Of a DNA stretch of 26,408 bases, positions 6,168-16,062 are shown piece after piece (positions within the stretch are counted from its first letter, which is position 1; every line of letters starts with the position of its first letter). The notes below the pieces were generated by a model, which did not search any database, was not told where the DNA came from, and saw only the letters and a list, made by a program, of their open reading frames with translations. A program made the position numbers and the translations under genes. The stretch comes from Rickettsiales bacterium (GTDB lineage Bacteria > Pseudomonadota > Alphaproteobacteria > Rickettsiales > UBA1997). The DNA lies in NCBI GenBank assembly GCA_049423025.1, contig JBMSPZ010000001.1:1-26408 (forward strand), given 5' to 3'.

Positions 6168-7433
6168 TTATATCATTTTCTTTGGGTCAAGGCACTAAAT
6201 TTGATTGGTGTTAAGAACTATGTTTAACAAACAATGAATTATTTTGATAACATTAATTTTTAACACTATCTCCCCATCACTGGACCTGAAGCTGCCACTG
6301 CAACTGGGCTAGAAATAGTATGACCTCTCAAAATCTCTAAAGTTTTTTTGGCCACAACACATTTTTCTTGCAAACTCAATTTTTTATGAGGGTCATCTAT
6401 ATCTGAAAATTTTAATTTATTTATACTTTCCAGTTCAACCTTATAATTTCCAAAATCAAAATTTTGCTGCTGAAATCGTCGCCTTTGGGAAACCAAATAT
6501 TCCTTTATAGCTATTTTGTTATCATGGTAATCCATAATAACTCTTAAATGATTATTCAAATTAGATTTAGTTACTTCGTCAACTGCTTGTTTTCTAGATG
6601 ATCCTTGCACATCAACTGAATTTGCAAATTGAATTTCATTACCATCTACAAATATTCCAACATATTTTTTTCCATTATATTCAACTTCAATTAAATCATC
6701 ATGATCTACTTTTTTAAATTTAACACCCGTTTCTTCTTCATCAAATGACAACTTATCTTGCTTCCTATTTAATAGTTGTGCAGGAATAGAAAATACTTGT
6801 TCATGACGAGTTAATAACTTAGAAGTAGTTTTTTTTTGATCTAACATTGAAATTTCATAAGCCAGTCTTTCCTTGTTATAATTTGAATCCAATTTACTAA
6901 CATTTTCTAAACTTAATTCTATTGCTTTTTTTATCATTAAACTTTCTACTTCTGAATCTTGTTGTTCTATTGGGGGTTGATAACTTGCTGGAGCATCGAC
7001 TGAATCAAGGTTTTCAAATAAATTTTTGCAATTTTGACCAAGATTTTGTTCGAGTGCTAAAAAAATATCATGATGTGTTTTCATTCCACCGAATTCATCG
7101 TCGCTTTCATTAACATATTTTACACATGCCATTAATTGTCTCAATTTTTCATTTTCCTCTAAATTATATTTTATGTATGGAAGTTCAGACGGCAGATGTC
7201 TATCACCTGGTTTTATATTTGAATTAAATATTCGAATATCAGAAACTAAATCTATAAGTTCATTGTCTCTAATTAGGTCTTGATATAATTTTATTAATTG
7301 AGGAGGTGTTAAATCTTTTATTTTTTTCATAAATTTAATTAAATAAAATTAATATATTTCAATAATTAATTCATATTTTTAAAAAAAATAAAAACTATGT
7401 AATTTTAAAATTATATCATTTTCTTTGGGTCAA
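6167..7433. mobile_element. 1,243-bp insert bounded by a 24-bp direct duplication of the fumC 3' end (att-like or target-site duplication)
   Basis: ATTATATCATTTTCTTTGGGTCAA is identical at 6167-6190 and 7410-7433; the latter includes the last 23 nt of fumC. No integrase or transposase inside. Confidence 0.7.
6266..7330 (-). CDS. Hypothetical protein (354 aa) with a UIM-like motif; possible host-directed effector
   Basis: Long ORF with no recognisable family. SEVESLMIKKAIELSLEN (aa 126-143) fits the ubiquitin-interacting motif pattern. Confidence 0.75.
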   Translation of the reverse strand: MKKIKDLTPPQLIKLYQDLIRDNELIDLVSDIRIFNSNIKPGDRHLPSELPYIKYNLEENEKLRQLMACVKYVNESDDEFGGMKTHHDIFLALEQNLGQNCKNLFENLDSVDAPASYQPPIEQQDSEVESLMIKKAIELSLENVSKLDSNYNKERLAYEISMLDQKKTTSKLLTRHEQVFSIPAQLLNRKQDKLSFDEEETGVKFKKVDHDDLIEVEYNGKKYVGIFVDGNEIQFANSVDVQGSSRKQAVDEVTKSNLNNHLRVIMDYHDNKIAIKEYLVSQRRRFQQQNFDFGNYKVELESINKLKFSDIDDPHKKLSLQEKCVVAKKTLEILRGHTISSPVAVAASGPVMGR

Positions 7434-8961
7434 CCCATTCATTAAATTGCTGTTCGCTGACTAAGCCGAGTTCGAGAGCTGACTGCTTCAATGTTGTGCC
7501 GTCATGATGAGCTTTTTTGGCGATTTTAGCTGAGTTATCATAGCCAATATATGGATTTAAAGCAGTTACCAACATTAATGAATTATTTAATAATTCGGTA
7601 ATTCTTTCTTGATTAGCAACAATTCCAAGCAAGCAATTATCGATAAAACTATTGATACCGTCGGCAATTAAATTAATCGATTCTATAATGTTGCGAATAA
7701 TCATCGGGCGAAACACATTTAACTCGAAATGCCCATTCATTCCACCAAGAGTGATAGCGTGATGATTGCCGATAACTTGGCAGGCAAGCATTGTTAAAGC
7801 TTCACACTGTGTTGGATTAACCTTACCGGGCATAATTGATGAACCCGGTTCATTTTCGGGCAACGAAATTTCACCCAAACCTGAACGAGGACCAGAAGCT
7901 AAAAAGCGAATATCATTGGCAATTTTCATAAGCGAAGTAGCGGTGGCATTAAGAGCGCCAGAGAAATTAACCAAATCATCATTACAAGCTAGGGCAAAAA
8001 ATTTATTTTTGTTACTAAAGAAATTATCGGCATAATTTAGTCCAAGCTTTGCTAAGTTAGAATCCTTAACCTGCCAATGACCGTCGTCAGCGTTGGTTCT
8101 GCATAATTTTAAATTCATTAAATCTTGGTGCAATTTTTTTAAACCCGAAACTTCGGTGATGACTTCAGCAAATTTATTGGCAAATTTTGGATGACAATTC
8201 AAGCCAGTGCCAACTGCCGTTCCGCCTTGAGCTAAATGACAAACAAAGGCGATAGATTGCGAAACAAAAACACTAGCGCTCTGAATCTGCACCTTGTAAG
8301 CCGAAAATTCTTGCCCCAAGGTAACTGGGGTAGCATCTTGAGTGTGAGTGCGACCAATTTTGATAATATCTTTAAATTCAGCTTCTTTATTGCCAAGTTC
8401 ATTGGCGAAACGAACTAAGGTTGGCAATAATTTTTGCACTGTGCTTAAAACGGTAGCAATATTCATGGCAGTTGGAAAGGTATCGTTTGAGCTTTGTCCT
8501 AAATTAACATGATCATTAGGATGAACGGGAGATTTTCCACCTTTTTTGCCAGTTGCTTTTTCGTTGGCAACTGAAGCAATAACTTCATTGACATTCATAT
8601 TAGTTTGCGTGCCTGAACCAGTTTGCCAAACCACCAAAGGAAAATGATTTTCGTAAAAATAATCGAATTTTTTTAAGATTTCATCAACTGCATCGATAAT
8701 TTTATCAGCTAATTCTGGGGAGAATTTTTTGAACTCATCGGATTTTGGGTCAATTGCCATCAAGTCCTTATTGGTAATAGCGCAGGCTTTTTTTATAAGG
8801 AGCATTGCATAAATAACTTCCTTTGGCATTTTATGTCCAGCATGTTGATTGCAAATTGGAAAATTTTGAACACTGCGTTGAGTTTGTGCGCCATAATAAG
8901 CTTGAGCGGGAACTTTAATTTCACCGAAAGAGTCGGTTTCGATACGAAAATCTTGAGTCAT
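7411..8961 (-). CDS. fumC: Class II fumarate hydratase, with insertions
   Basis: [39 protein letters not shown] and the signature [11 protein letters not shown]. Confidence 0.97.
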   Translation of the reverse strand: MTQDFRIETDSFGEIKVPAQAYYGAQTQRSVQNFPICNQHAGHKMPKEVIYAMLLIKKACAITNKDLMAIDPKSDEFKKFSPELADKIIDAVDEILKKFDYFYENHFPLVVWQTGSGTQTNMNVNEVIASVANEKATGKKGGKSPVHPNDHVNLGQSSNDTFPTAMNIATVLSTVQKLLPTLVRFANELGNKEAEFKDIIKIGRTHTQDATPVTLGQEFSAYKVQIQSASVFVSQSIAFVCHLAQGGTAVGTGLNCHPKFANKFAEVITEVSGLKKLHQDLMNLKLCRTNADDGHWQVKDSNLAKLGLNYADNFFSNKNKFFALACNDDLVNFSGALNATATSLMKIANDIRFLASGPRSGLGEISLPENEPGSSIMPGKVNPTQCEALTMLACQVIGNHHAITLGGMNGHFELNVFRPMIIRNIIESINLIADGINSFIDNCLLGIVANQERITELLNNSLMLVTALNPYIGYDNSAKIAKKAHHDGTTLKQSALELGLVSEQQFNEWVDPKKMI

Positions 8962-9027
8962 ATAAAAAAATTTAAATTTTAAGAGAGCATTTTTGACCCA
9001 TAAATTTTAACTTTTTAAAATTCGCTT

Positions 9028-9774
9028 TCAAGATTTTTTTTGTTGAAAAACCATCATATAATTTATCGATAAATCTTTGCCAAGACTCCACTGATCTTTA
9101 AAAAAATTATAGTTAAAACCTTGAATTTCTTGAAGCTTTAGACCAGATTTGCGAGCAAAGATTTCAATTTCCGATGGCTTTAAAAATTTATGCCAATCGT
9201 GAGTGCCAATTGGAAGCCATCTTAATACATATTCGACTCCATATTTTGCCATTATCAATGATTTTGCGGTGCGATTTAAAGTGGCAACAAACAATAAACC
9301 CTCTGGTTTTAAAAGCTTAGCACATGATTGCACGAACTTTTCAACATCACTAACATGTTCAATTATTTCAAGAGCAAAGACTACATCAAATTGCGGTGAT
9401 TTTTCAGCAAAATCTTCGGCACTTGCAACTTCGTAATTGATATTTAAACCAGATTCACTGGCATGAATTTGAGCAACTTTGATGTTTTTATCACCTGCAT
9501 CAATTCCAGTAATATCGGCTTGCATTCTGGCAAATGGTTCGGTAATCAGGCCACCGCCACAGCCAATATCAATAATTTTCAGCCGATTATCTGGGCTTTT
9601 GAAAGGAGCAATTGCCGAAACATCTAAAGCAAAATGCTCGCAAATTTTTTGTTTTAAATATTTGATTCTAATTGGATTAAATTTATGTAATGGTTTAAAT
9701 TTTCCGTGAGGATTCCACCATTCTTGAGCCATTTTGGTGAATTTTTCAATTTCTTGCGGGTCGATTGTAGTCAT
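9028..9774 (-). CDS. ubiG: Ubiquinone biosynthesis O-methyltransferase
   Basis: EIEKF..MAQEWW.P.G.FKPLHKFNP.R, IDIGCGGG SAM motif, EIIEHV. Confidence 0.95.
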   Translation of the reverse strand: MTTIDPQEIEKFTKMAQEWWNPHGKFKPLHKFNPIRIKYLKQKICEHFALDVSAIAPFKSPDNRLKIIDIGCGGGLITEPFARMQADITGIDAGDKNIKVAQIHASESGLNINYEVASAEDFAEKSPQFDVVFALEIIEHVSDVEKFVQSCAKLLKPEGLLFVATLNRTAKSLIMAKYGVEYVLRWLPIGTHDWHKFLKPSEIEIFARKSGLKLQEIQGFNYNFFKDQWSLGKDLSINYMMVFQQKKS

Positions 9775-10730
9775 TATTTATTTGGTTTTTTTAAATAGTT
9801 ATTGGTTTTTTTATTGTTATTTTTAGCAGGTAATTTATCAATATCAAGTTTTTCAAAATTTTCAATATTTCGCATCCAATCTTCTTTGACTTTAACAAAC
9901 AGAAATAAATGCACTTTGGCACCCGCAACTTCAGCAATATCAACCCTTGCTTCTTGACCAATTTTTTTAATCATTTGTCCATTTTTGCCAAGAATTATTG
10001 ATTTTTGACTTTCTTTTAGCACATAAATTGTTTGATGAATTTTTATTTCTCCATTATTTAAAACTTCATATTTATCATTTTTGACACTTACCGCATAAGG
10101 CAATTCTTTGACTAAATTTAAAAATAATTTTTCCCGAGTAATTTCGCTGGCTATAAAAGCCATTGGGGCATCGGATAGCTGATCTGCATCATATATCCAA
10201 TCTAATTCTTGGCATTTACTTGCAAAGAAATTTTTTAGCTCCAAAATGCCATAATTATCTTTTGCAGAAATTGGGAAAATATCGCTTATACCCTCTTGCA
10301 CAAATGAATTAATAATATCGAGTAATTTGGATTTTTTTACCAAATCAATTTTATTAATTAACACCACAATTGGCAAATTTTCTTTTTTTAAATCTTGCAA
10401 AATCTGTAAATTATCAGCACTGGCTCCAATTTGTGCATCAATGACAAAGGCAACTAAATTAGCCTCTCTTAAGCCTTGCCAAGCCGATTTTACGATTATT
10501 CTTTCTAAAATTTTATCTTCTCTTGGGATAAAAATTCCGGGTGTATCGATTAAAATAATTTGCTTATTTTCCATCATCAAAATTCCACGAATTGAATTTC
10601 GAGTGGTTTGGACTTTTGGCGAAACTATTGATAATTTTTGACCAAGTAAAGCGTTAGTAATCGATGATTTACCTGCATTTGGGGCACCGACTATGGCAAT
10701 ATTTCCGTGTTGTTTTTGAAGTGAATTCAT
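9774..10730 (-). CDS. era: GTPase Era
   Basis: GAPNAGKS, VSPKVQTTR, DTPG, NKID, KH-domain GKNG. 1-nt stop/start overlaps with both neighbours. Confidence 0.96.
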   Translation of the reverse strand: MNSLQKQHGNIAIVGAPNAGKSSITNALLGQKLSIVSPKVQTTRNSIRGILMMENKQIILIDTPGIFIPREDKILERIIVKSAWQGLREANLVAFVIDAQIGASADNLQILQDLKKENLPIVVLINKIDLVKKSKLLDIINSFVQEGISDIFPISAKDNYGILELKNFFASKCQELDWIYDADQLSDAPMAFIASEITREKLFLNLVKELPYAVSVKNDKYEVLNNGEIKIHQTIYVLKESQKSIILGKNGQMIKKIGQEARVDIAEVAGAKVHLFLFVKVKEDWMRNIENFEKLDIDKLPAKNNNKKTNNYLKKPNK

Positions 10731-12085
10731 TATTTAATTGATTTTGCTAATTCATAAGCGATTGTAAAAGCCATTTCTATACTTTGCGATGAATTAAGTC
10801 GTGGGTCACAATGAGTATGGTATCTATCACTAAGGTTAATTTCAGAAATTTTTTGGTTGCCTCCTAAACACTCTGTAACATCTTGACCCGTAAGCTCAAA
10901 ATGCACGCCACCAGCAATTGAATCATTATCATGATGTATTTGAAAAAAGCTTTTTACTTCACTTAAAATATCTTCAAACTTTCTAGTTTTGAAGCCATTA
11001 TTAGTTTTAATGGTGTTACCATGCATCGGATCACAAGACCAAACTACATTATTTTGGTTATTTTTAATTGCCTTAACCAAAGGTGGAAGCAGTTCATGAA
11101 TTTTATCCTTACCCATTCTAGAAATTAAAGTTATTCTTCCAGATTCATTTTCAGGATTCAAAACATCTAACAAATTCAACAGTTCACTTTCAGTAATTGA
11201 CGGACCAACTTTGAAGGCAATTGGGTTAGAAATACCTCGCATAAATTCGGTGTGGGCTTCGCCAAGATTACGAGTGCGATCGCCAATCCAAAGTAAATGC
11301 GCACTTAGATCATAAAATTTTTGATAATCTTTGCTATATCTAGTAAAAGCCTGCTCATAATTTAAAAGTAAAGCTTCGTGAGATGTGTAAAAACTTGCAG
11401 TAGTAAATTGAGGCATTGACTTATAATCAATTCCACAAGATTTCATGAAAGATAAAATCTCGGTGATTTTTGAAGTTACTTCCTCGATATTATTTTTGTT
11501 GTTAAAATTATGAGAAAATTCTTCTATCCATTTATTAACCTTATCAAGATTTCCGTAGCCTCCTAGGGCAAGACTTCGAAGGTAATTTAAAGATGCAGAA
11601 GAATAAAAATAGGCTTCGCTTAAACGATTTGGGTCAGATTTTCGGGCGATTTCTTCAAACTCAATTCCGTTAACAATATCTCCACGATAAGCTGGTAAAG
11701 CCTTTCCATCAATTACCTCTTCGCCTTGGGAGCGAGGTTTGGCATATTGACCAGCAATTCTACCCACCTTAACTACAGGCTTTTTCAACCCATACATTAA
11801 AGCAATGGTCATTTGCATGATGGTGCGAAAATAATTTTTTAAATTAGCATGAGAAAATTCAACGAAACTCTCGGCACAATCCCCGCCTTGAAGCAAAAAG
11901 GCTTCACCCTTACTAACTTGAGATAATTCAGCCTTGAGCCTTTCAATTTCATCAATAGAAACCAAAGGTGGAAATTTTGCCAATTCTAATTCGACCTTGG
12001 CAAGCTCTTTTAAATCGTGATATTGCGGTTGTTGCTTGATTGGAAAATTTCGCCAACTATCAACGCTCCAATTTTTATTAGACAT
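10730..12085 (-). CDS. Class II 3-deoxy-7-phosphoheptulonate (DAHP) synthase
   Basis: LLQGGDCAESF, GRIAGQYAKPRS, LWIGDRTR, CDPMHGNT, CDPRLN. Confidence 0.95.
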   Translation of the reverse strand: MSNKNWSVDSWRNFPIKQQPQYHDLKELAKVELELAKFPPLVSIDEIERLKAELSQVSKGEAFLLQGGDCAESFVEFSHANLKNYFRTIMQMTIALMYGLKKPVVKVGRIAGQYAKPRSQGEEVIDGKALPAYRGDIVNGIEFEEIARKSDPNRLSEAYFYSSASLNYLRSLALGGYGNLDKVNKWIEEFSHNFNNKNNIEEVTSKITEILSFMKSCGIDYKSMPQFTTASFYTSHEALLLNYEQAFTRYSKDYQKFYDLSAHLLWIGDRTRNLGEAHTEFMRGISNPIAFKVGPSITESELLNLLDVLNPENESGRITLISRMGKDKIHELLPPLVKAIKNNQNNVVWSCDPMHGNTIKTNNGFKTRKFEDILSEVKSFFQIHHDNDSIAGGVHFELTGQDVTECLGGNQKISEINLSDRYHTHCDPRLNSSQSIEMAFTIAYELAKSIK

Positions 12086-12205
12086 ATTTTTTAACTTTTA
12101 AACAATTTAAAATAAATTATCTAATATTTTTTCCCTTTGTCAATTTAATTTTATCAGCTAAAATCATAAAGAGAATAATTTCTTCTAAATTTAATATTAA
12201 CATTT

Positions 12206-13072
12206 ATGGCCATCTCTCCAAAAATTATCGCCTTTCAAGGCACTAATGGTGCCAATTCAAATTTAGCTTGCTTAAAATTTTATCCAAAATATCAAGCAGT
12301 AGCCTATCAAACTTTTCAAGAAGTTTTTAATGCGGTAGAAAATAATGAGGTTGAATATGGAATGATTCCTCTAGAAAATTCTTATGCTGGTCGTGTTTCA
12401 GAGATTCATGATTTGTTACAAAAATTTGATGTTTCGATTGTTGCCGAACATTTCTTTTTAATTTCTCATCAATTATGTGGGGTCAAGGGTTCAAAAATTG
12501 AGGATTTAAAAGAAGTATATTCTCATCCACAGGCTCTAATGCAATGCCAAAATAATTTACAAAAACTCAATTTAAATATCGTTGAATATTCAAACACCGC
12601 AAAGGCCGCTGAATTTGTGGCCAAATTAGGTGATAAAAGTAAAGGAGCAATTTGCTCAAAATTAGCCAGCGAGTTATATGGGCTTGATATTTTACAAGAA
12701 AATGTTCAAGATTCTTGCAATGACAACATCACTATTTTTATAGTTATTTCTAAGAATCCACCCGAAATTGACTATAATTTAAAACCCGCTCTAACATCAT
12801 TGCTATTTACCATTCGCAATATTCCCGGCTCTTTATACAAAGCACTTGGTGGCTTTGCAACCAATGGTGTAAGTATGGTAAAACTTGAAAGCTATATTCC
12901 TGGAGGCGTTTCCAAACAAGCAAAATTTTTCATTACCATCGAAGGACATCCAGCTCAAAACAATGTTGCTTTAGCACTTGAAGAACTCGGGTTTTTTTCT
13001 AAAAATGTAAAATTACTCGGGGTATTTTACGCCGATGAACTTAGATTTAATCGGGAAAATGAGAATAATTAG
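12206..13072 (+). CDS. pheA: Prephenate dehydratase (monofunctional, with ACT domain)
   Basis: IAFQG..GANS, PLENSYAGRV, YSHPQALMQC, ACT domain with KLES. Confidence 0.92.
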   Translation: MAISPKIIAFQGTNGANSNLACLKFYPKYQAVAYQTFQEVFNAVENNEVEYGMIPLENSYAGRVSEIHDLLQKFDVSIVAEHFFLISHQLCGVKGSKIEDLKEVYSHPQALMQCQNNLQKLNLNIVEYSNTAKAAEFVAKLGDKSKGAICSKLASELYGLDILQENVQDSCNDNITIFIVISKNPPEIDYNLKPALTSLLFTIRNIPGSLYKALGGFATNGVSMVKLESYIPGGVSKQAKFFITIEGHPAQNNVALALEELGFFSKNVKLLGVFYADELRFNRENENN

Positions 13073-13652
13073 CGGAAAATTCAAGGGTAGAAAATTAGCC
13101 GATTCCTTTAAAATCAAAGACTTAAGACCAACAACTGATAAAAATCGTGAAGCTCTTTTTAATATTTTATTAAGCGCCAATTTTATGCAAGAATATCAGC
13201 TCAAATTTAAAGAGTCAGTGTTTTTAGATGTTTGTTGTGGAACTGGAGCGATAGGCATTGAAGCCTTATCAAGAGGAGTAAAAGAGGTATTATTTATTGA
13301 CAGTAGTTTAGAACATATAAATCTTTTAAAAAAGAATTTACAAATTTTGAAGATTGAGGAAGAAGCAACAATAATCAATAAATCCGCAGAATATATAAAA
13401 AATAATTATGATAAAATATTCGACATAATTTTTTTAGATCCGCCTTATGAATATGATTATTTAACTATAATTAATAATTTGCTTAAACAAAATTTTTTTA
13501 GCACCAAAACCTTATTTATAATTGAAAGTGACAAAAAATATTTTGAAAAAATTCAAGATAAAATTTTAGTGAATTTTCAGATATTGGATCAGCGAAATTT
13601 TGGTAAAAGTCAGTTCAATTTTTTGTTAAAAAAACCGACACAACTTTGTTAA
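13059..13652 (+). CDS. rsmD: 16S rRNA (guanine(966)-N2)-methyltransferase; start revised to ATG at 13059
   Basis: MRIISGKFKGRKL, LRPTTDKNREALFNIL, FLDVCCGTG, DPPY. Confidence 0.93.
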   Translation: MRIISGKFKGRKLADSFKIKDLRPTTDKNREALFNILLSANFMQEYQLKFKESVFLDVCCGTGAIGIEALSRGVKEVLFIDSSLEHINLLKKNLQILKIEEEATIINKSAEYIKNNYDKIFDIIFLDPPYEYDYLTIINNLLKQNFFSTKTLFIIESDKKYFEKIQDKILVNFQILDQRNFGKSQFNFLLKKPTQLC

Positions 13653-13658
13653 GAATAT

Positions 13659-13853
13659 TTAAACTTCGTCAAGATTTAGATGGAGATTTCCAGCCTGATT
13701 TTTGCTAACTTCAGCCATAATTTTTTTGCGAAGTTCAGCGGTGTGATTTTCAATTTGCTCTAAGGTTTCAAGAATTTCTAAAGCCTCTTTAGACAAGGAT
13801 TGAGCTTGATTTTCGGTAAGTGGAAATTGAATTTTTGGTAATTGATTTTGCAT
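13659..13853 (-). CDS. Small hypothetical coiled-coil protein (64 aa)
   Basis: ATG start, amphipathic heptad-like composition, fills the gap after birA. No family recognised. Confidence 0.55.
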   Translation of the reverse strand: MQNQLPKIQFPLTENQAQSLSKEALEILETLEQIENHTAELRKKIMAEVSKNQAGNLHLNLDEV

Positions 13854-13913
13854 ATCTATATATGTTTTTTTTAAAAAAATTAAATCATTTTTTTTAAGCT
13901 GTCAAATTCTTTT

Positions 13914-14660
13914 TTAAGATACATCGCCATAATTTATTTTTTTATCAATATTATTTGCTTTTAAAATAATGCAACCATCATCACTCACTCCAGTAAAAAT
14001 GCCAATTTCATTGGCGTTAGAGCAATTAATTTTAATTTCTTCGCCAATTTTATAAGCATTTGCCAACCATAATTCTCTTATATTTTTAAAACCAAAATTT
14101 AACCAAATATTATATATTTTTTGAAATTCTGGTAAAAAAATTTTTAAAAATTCTATTGGGGTGATATTAATCTTTAAATCTCGCAAATTATTTGCCAAAA
14201 ATAATGAATTTTGCGGATGAGACATCAAATTCACTCCAATTCCAACAATAATATTACTTAAATTATCAGTAATCGACTCGCCTTCAATAAGTATTCCCGC
14301 TACTTTTTGCTGATTAATCAATAAATCATTTGGCCATTTATTTTGGATTTGCAAATCGATTTTTGCTAATTTAGATATAGTCTGATTCAAGGCACAACTT
14401 GCCACAAAGCTTAATTGATTATTTTTTGTTAAAGGTAAATTATTTTGTAAAAAAATTGAAAAATACAAATTGCCAATTGGCGACTGCCACTGCCTATCTA
14501 GCCTGCCCTTCCCTTTGGTTTGAGTTTTTGCCAAAATAATTTGATTCGGCAATAATTGCTGATTTTTTATTAGCGATTTAGCTAAATCATTGGTGCTTTC
14601 AACTTCATTGAAATTGAAGATTAAAAAATTATCAATATAAAAATTTTCAACATTTATCAT
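13914..14660 (-). CDS. birA: Biotin--[acetyl-CoA-carboxylase] ligase; start revised to 14660
   Basis: STND, QTKGKGRLDRQW.SP.GNLY.S, KWPND, KVAGIL, GIGVN. ATGA overlap with the yaaA stop. No N-terminal HTH. Confidence 0.93.
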   Translation of the reverse strand: MINVENFYIDNFLIFNFNEVESTNDLAKSLIKNQQLLPNQIILAKTQTKGKGRLDRQWQSPIGNLYFSIFLQNNLPLTKNNQLSFVASCALNQTISKLAKIDLQIQNKWPNDLLINQQKVAGILIEGESITDNLSNIIVGIGVNLMSHPQNSLFLANNLRDLKINITPIEFLKIFLPEFQKIYNIWLNFGFKNIRELWLANAYKIGEEIKINCSNANEIGIFTGVSDDGCIILKANNIDKKINYGDVS

Positions 14661-15403
14661 CGGCAAAATACCCAGTTTTGCTCACTTGAAAGCTTTTGAT
14701 TAAAATTGTAATTATCAAGATTAAATTTTTGTAAATCTGTTGGTTTAGTAATTTTATTTTTAATTGCATAATTTGCCATCGTCCCCCGAGCTTTCTTAGA
14801 GCTGATTCCAACTACCTTGAATTGACCCTGTTTTTTTTCTTTAAAACTAATTTCAACGATTTTTTTATTAATTTTTTTAGAATTAACCGCCTTAAAATAT
14901 TCTTGAGAAGCAAGATTTATAATATATTCATGACAATTTTTATTTAGTTCATTAGTGATTTTTTCTTGCCAAAAATCATATAAGTTTTTTACGATAAAAT
15001 TGAATTTTTTAAAATCCGTACCCATTTCCAGACGGTGAGGCTGAATCAGGTCAAGAGGCTTAAGTAAGCCATACAAACCCGATAAAATTCGCAAATGTTC
15101 TTGAGCAAATTCATAATCAGATTTATGGAAATCATGCTTGTTAAAACCATCATAAACATCGCCATCAAAAGCTAAAATAGCTGGACGCAAAGGCTGATTT
15201 TCAAAATTTTGATAGCGTTGAAAATTTAGGTCAGACAAATTTTCACTAATTGCCATTAAATCTTGAATGTTTTTGCAAGAAAATTTTTTTAAATTAGCGA
15301 TTAGTTGGTTTTTTTCGGCTTCAAAAATAGCATTACTTGGTTTTGGATGTTGAAATTTAGTCTCGAAATCCAATGATTTTGCTGGCGATAAAATAATTAG
15401 CAT
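14657..15403 (-). CDS. yaaA: Peroxide stress protein YaaA (UPF0246)
   Basis: MLIILSPAKSLD, AF.GDVY, ILSGLYGLLKPLD, RLEMG, NLASQEY, KKARG. Confidence 0.93.
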   Translation of the reverse strand: MLIILSPAKSLDFETKFQHPKPSNAIFEAEKNQLIANLKKFSCKNIQDLMAISENLSDLNFQRYQNFENQPLRPAILAFDGDVYDGFNKHDFHKSDYEFAQEHLRILSGLYGLLKPLDLIQPHRLEMGTDFKKFNFIVKNLYDFWQEKITNELNKNCHEYIINLASQEYFKAVNSKKINKKIVEISFKEKKQGQFKVVGISSKKARGTMANYAIKNKITKPTDLQKFNLDNYNFNQKLSSEQNWVFCR

Positions 15404-15445
15404 AATTGAATACTTGCTTTTATAAGTTTGGCAGATTAAAGTTAT

Positions 15446-15454
15446 TGTTATAAT
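15446..15454 (+). promoter_or_regulatory. Extended -10 promoter candidate upstream of the DUF1013 gene
   Basis: TGT-TATAAT at 15446-15454, with TTGGCA at 15428-15433. Confidence 0.4.
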
Positions 15455-15506
15455 ATTTTAAAAAAAAATTTTTAAAATCCCATATAAAATTTAAATTGAT
15501 TTCAAA

Positions 15507-16061
15507 ATGCAAGAATTACCATTGATGAGAAAGGCCACTGCAGTTTGGCTAGTTGAAAATACCTCACTTACCTTCGCCCAAATTGCGAGATTTTGTGGTC
15601 TACATGAGCTTGAGGTTCAAGGTATTGCCGATGGCGATGTTGCCAATGGCATTATAGGGCAAAATCCAGTTTTATCAGGTCAACTTTCGGAAGAAGAAAT
15701 CAAAAGATGCGAGCTTAATAGCCAATCATCATTGATTATCAATAAATCCTCTGGCGCCGATATCAAGCCAGCTCAAAAGCAAACTAAATATACCCCAATT
15801 GCTCGTAGACAAGACAAGCCAGATGGTATCGCATTTTTATTAAAATATTATCCAGAAATTTCCAATTCGCAAATCAAAAAATTAATTGGCACTACCGACA
15901 ATATGATTGATTGCATTCGCAATAAATCGCATTGGAACATGAAAAATATTAAACCAAGAGATGTGGTTTTGCTTGGTTTATGTAGCCAATCGCAATTTAA
16001 TGATATTATTTCGCAAATCAAAACCGAGGAAACTTCCACAAAAACTTCGAAAAAAAATTAA
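15507..16061 (+). CDS. DUF1013 family protein (TrcR-like alphaproteobacterial transcription regulator)
   Basis: PLMRKATAVWLVENTSLTF.QIA.FCGLH.LEV.GIADG, RRQDKPDGI, PRDVVLLGLCSQ. Confidence 0.9.
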   Translation: MQELPLMRKATAVWLVENTSLTFAQIARFCGLHELEVQGIADGDVANGIIGQNPVLSGQLSEEEIKRCELNSQSSLIINKSSGADIKPAQKQTKYTPIARRQDKPDGIAFLLKYYPEISNSQIKKLIGTTDNMIDCIRNKSHWNMKNIKPRDVVLLGLCSQSQFNDIISQIKTEETSTKTSKKN

Positions 16062-16062
16062 T

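Noticed and set aside
6201-6228. Possible Xer dif-like site inside the islet (CTATGTTTAAC resembles a XerD arm)
   Set aside because: No XerC arm at the required 6-bp spacing.
7394-7401. AACTATGT present near both islet ends (6216-6223 and 7394-7401)
   Set aside because: Only 8 nt, AT-rich and asymmetrically placed, so not distinguishable from chance.
13035-16062. Track start codons for rsmD (13035), birA (14666) and bcp (15961)
   Set aside because: Downstream ATGs (13059, 14660, 16063) match family N-termini and give typical short overlaps or gaps.
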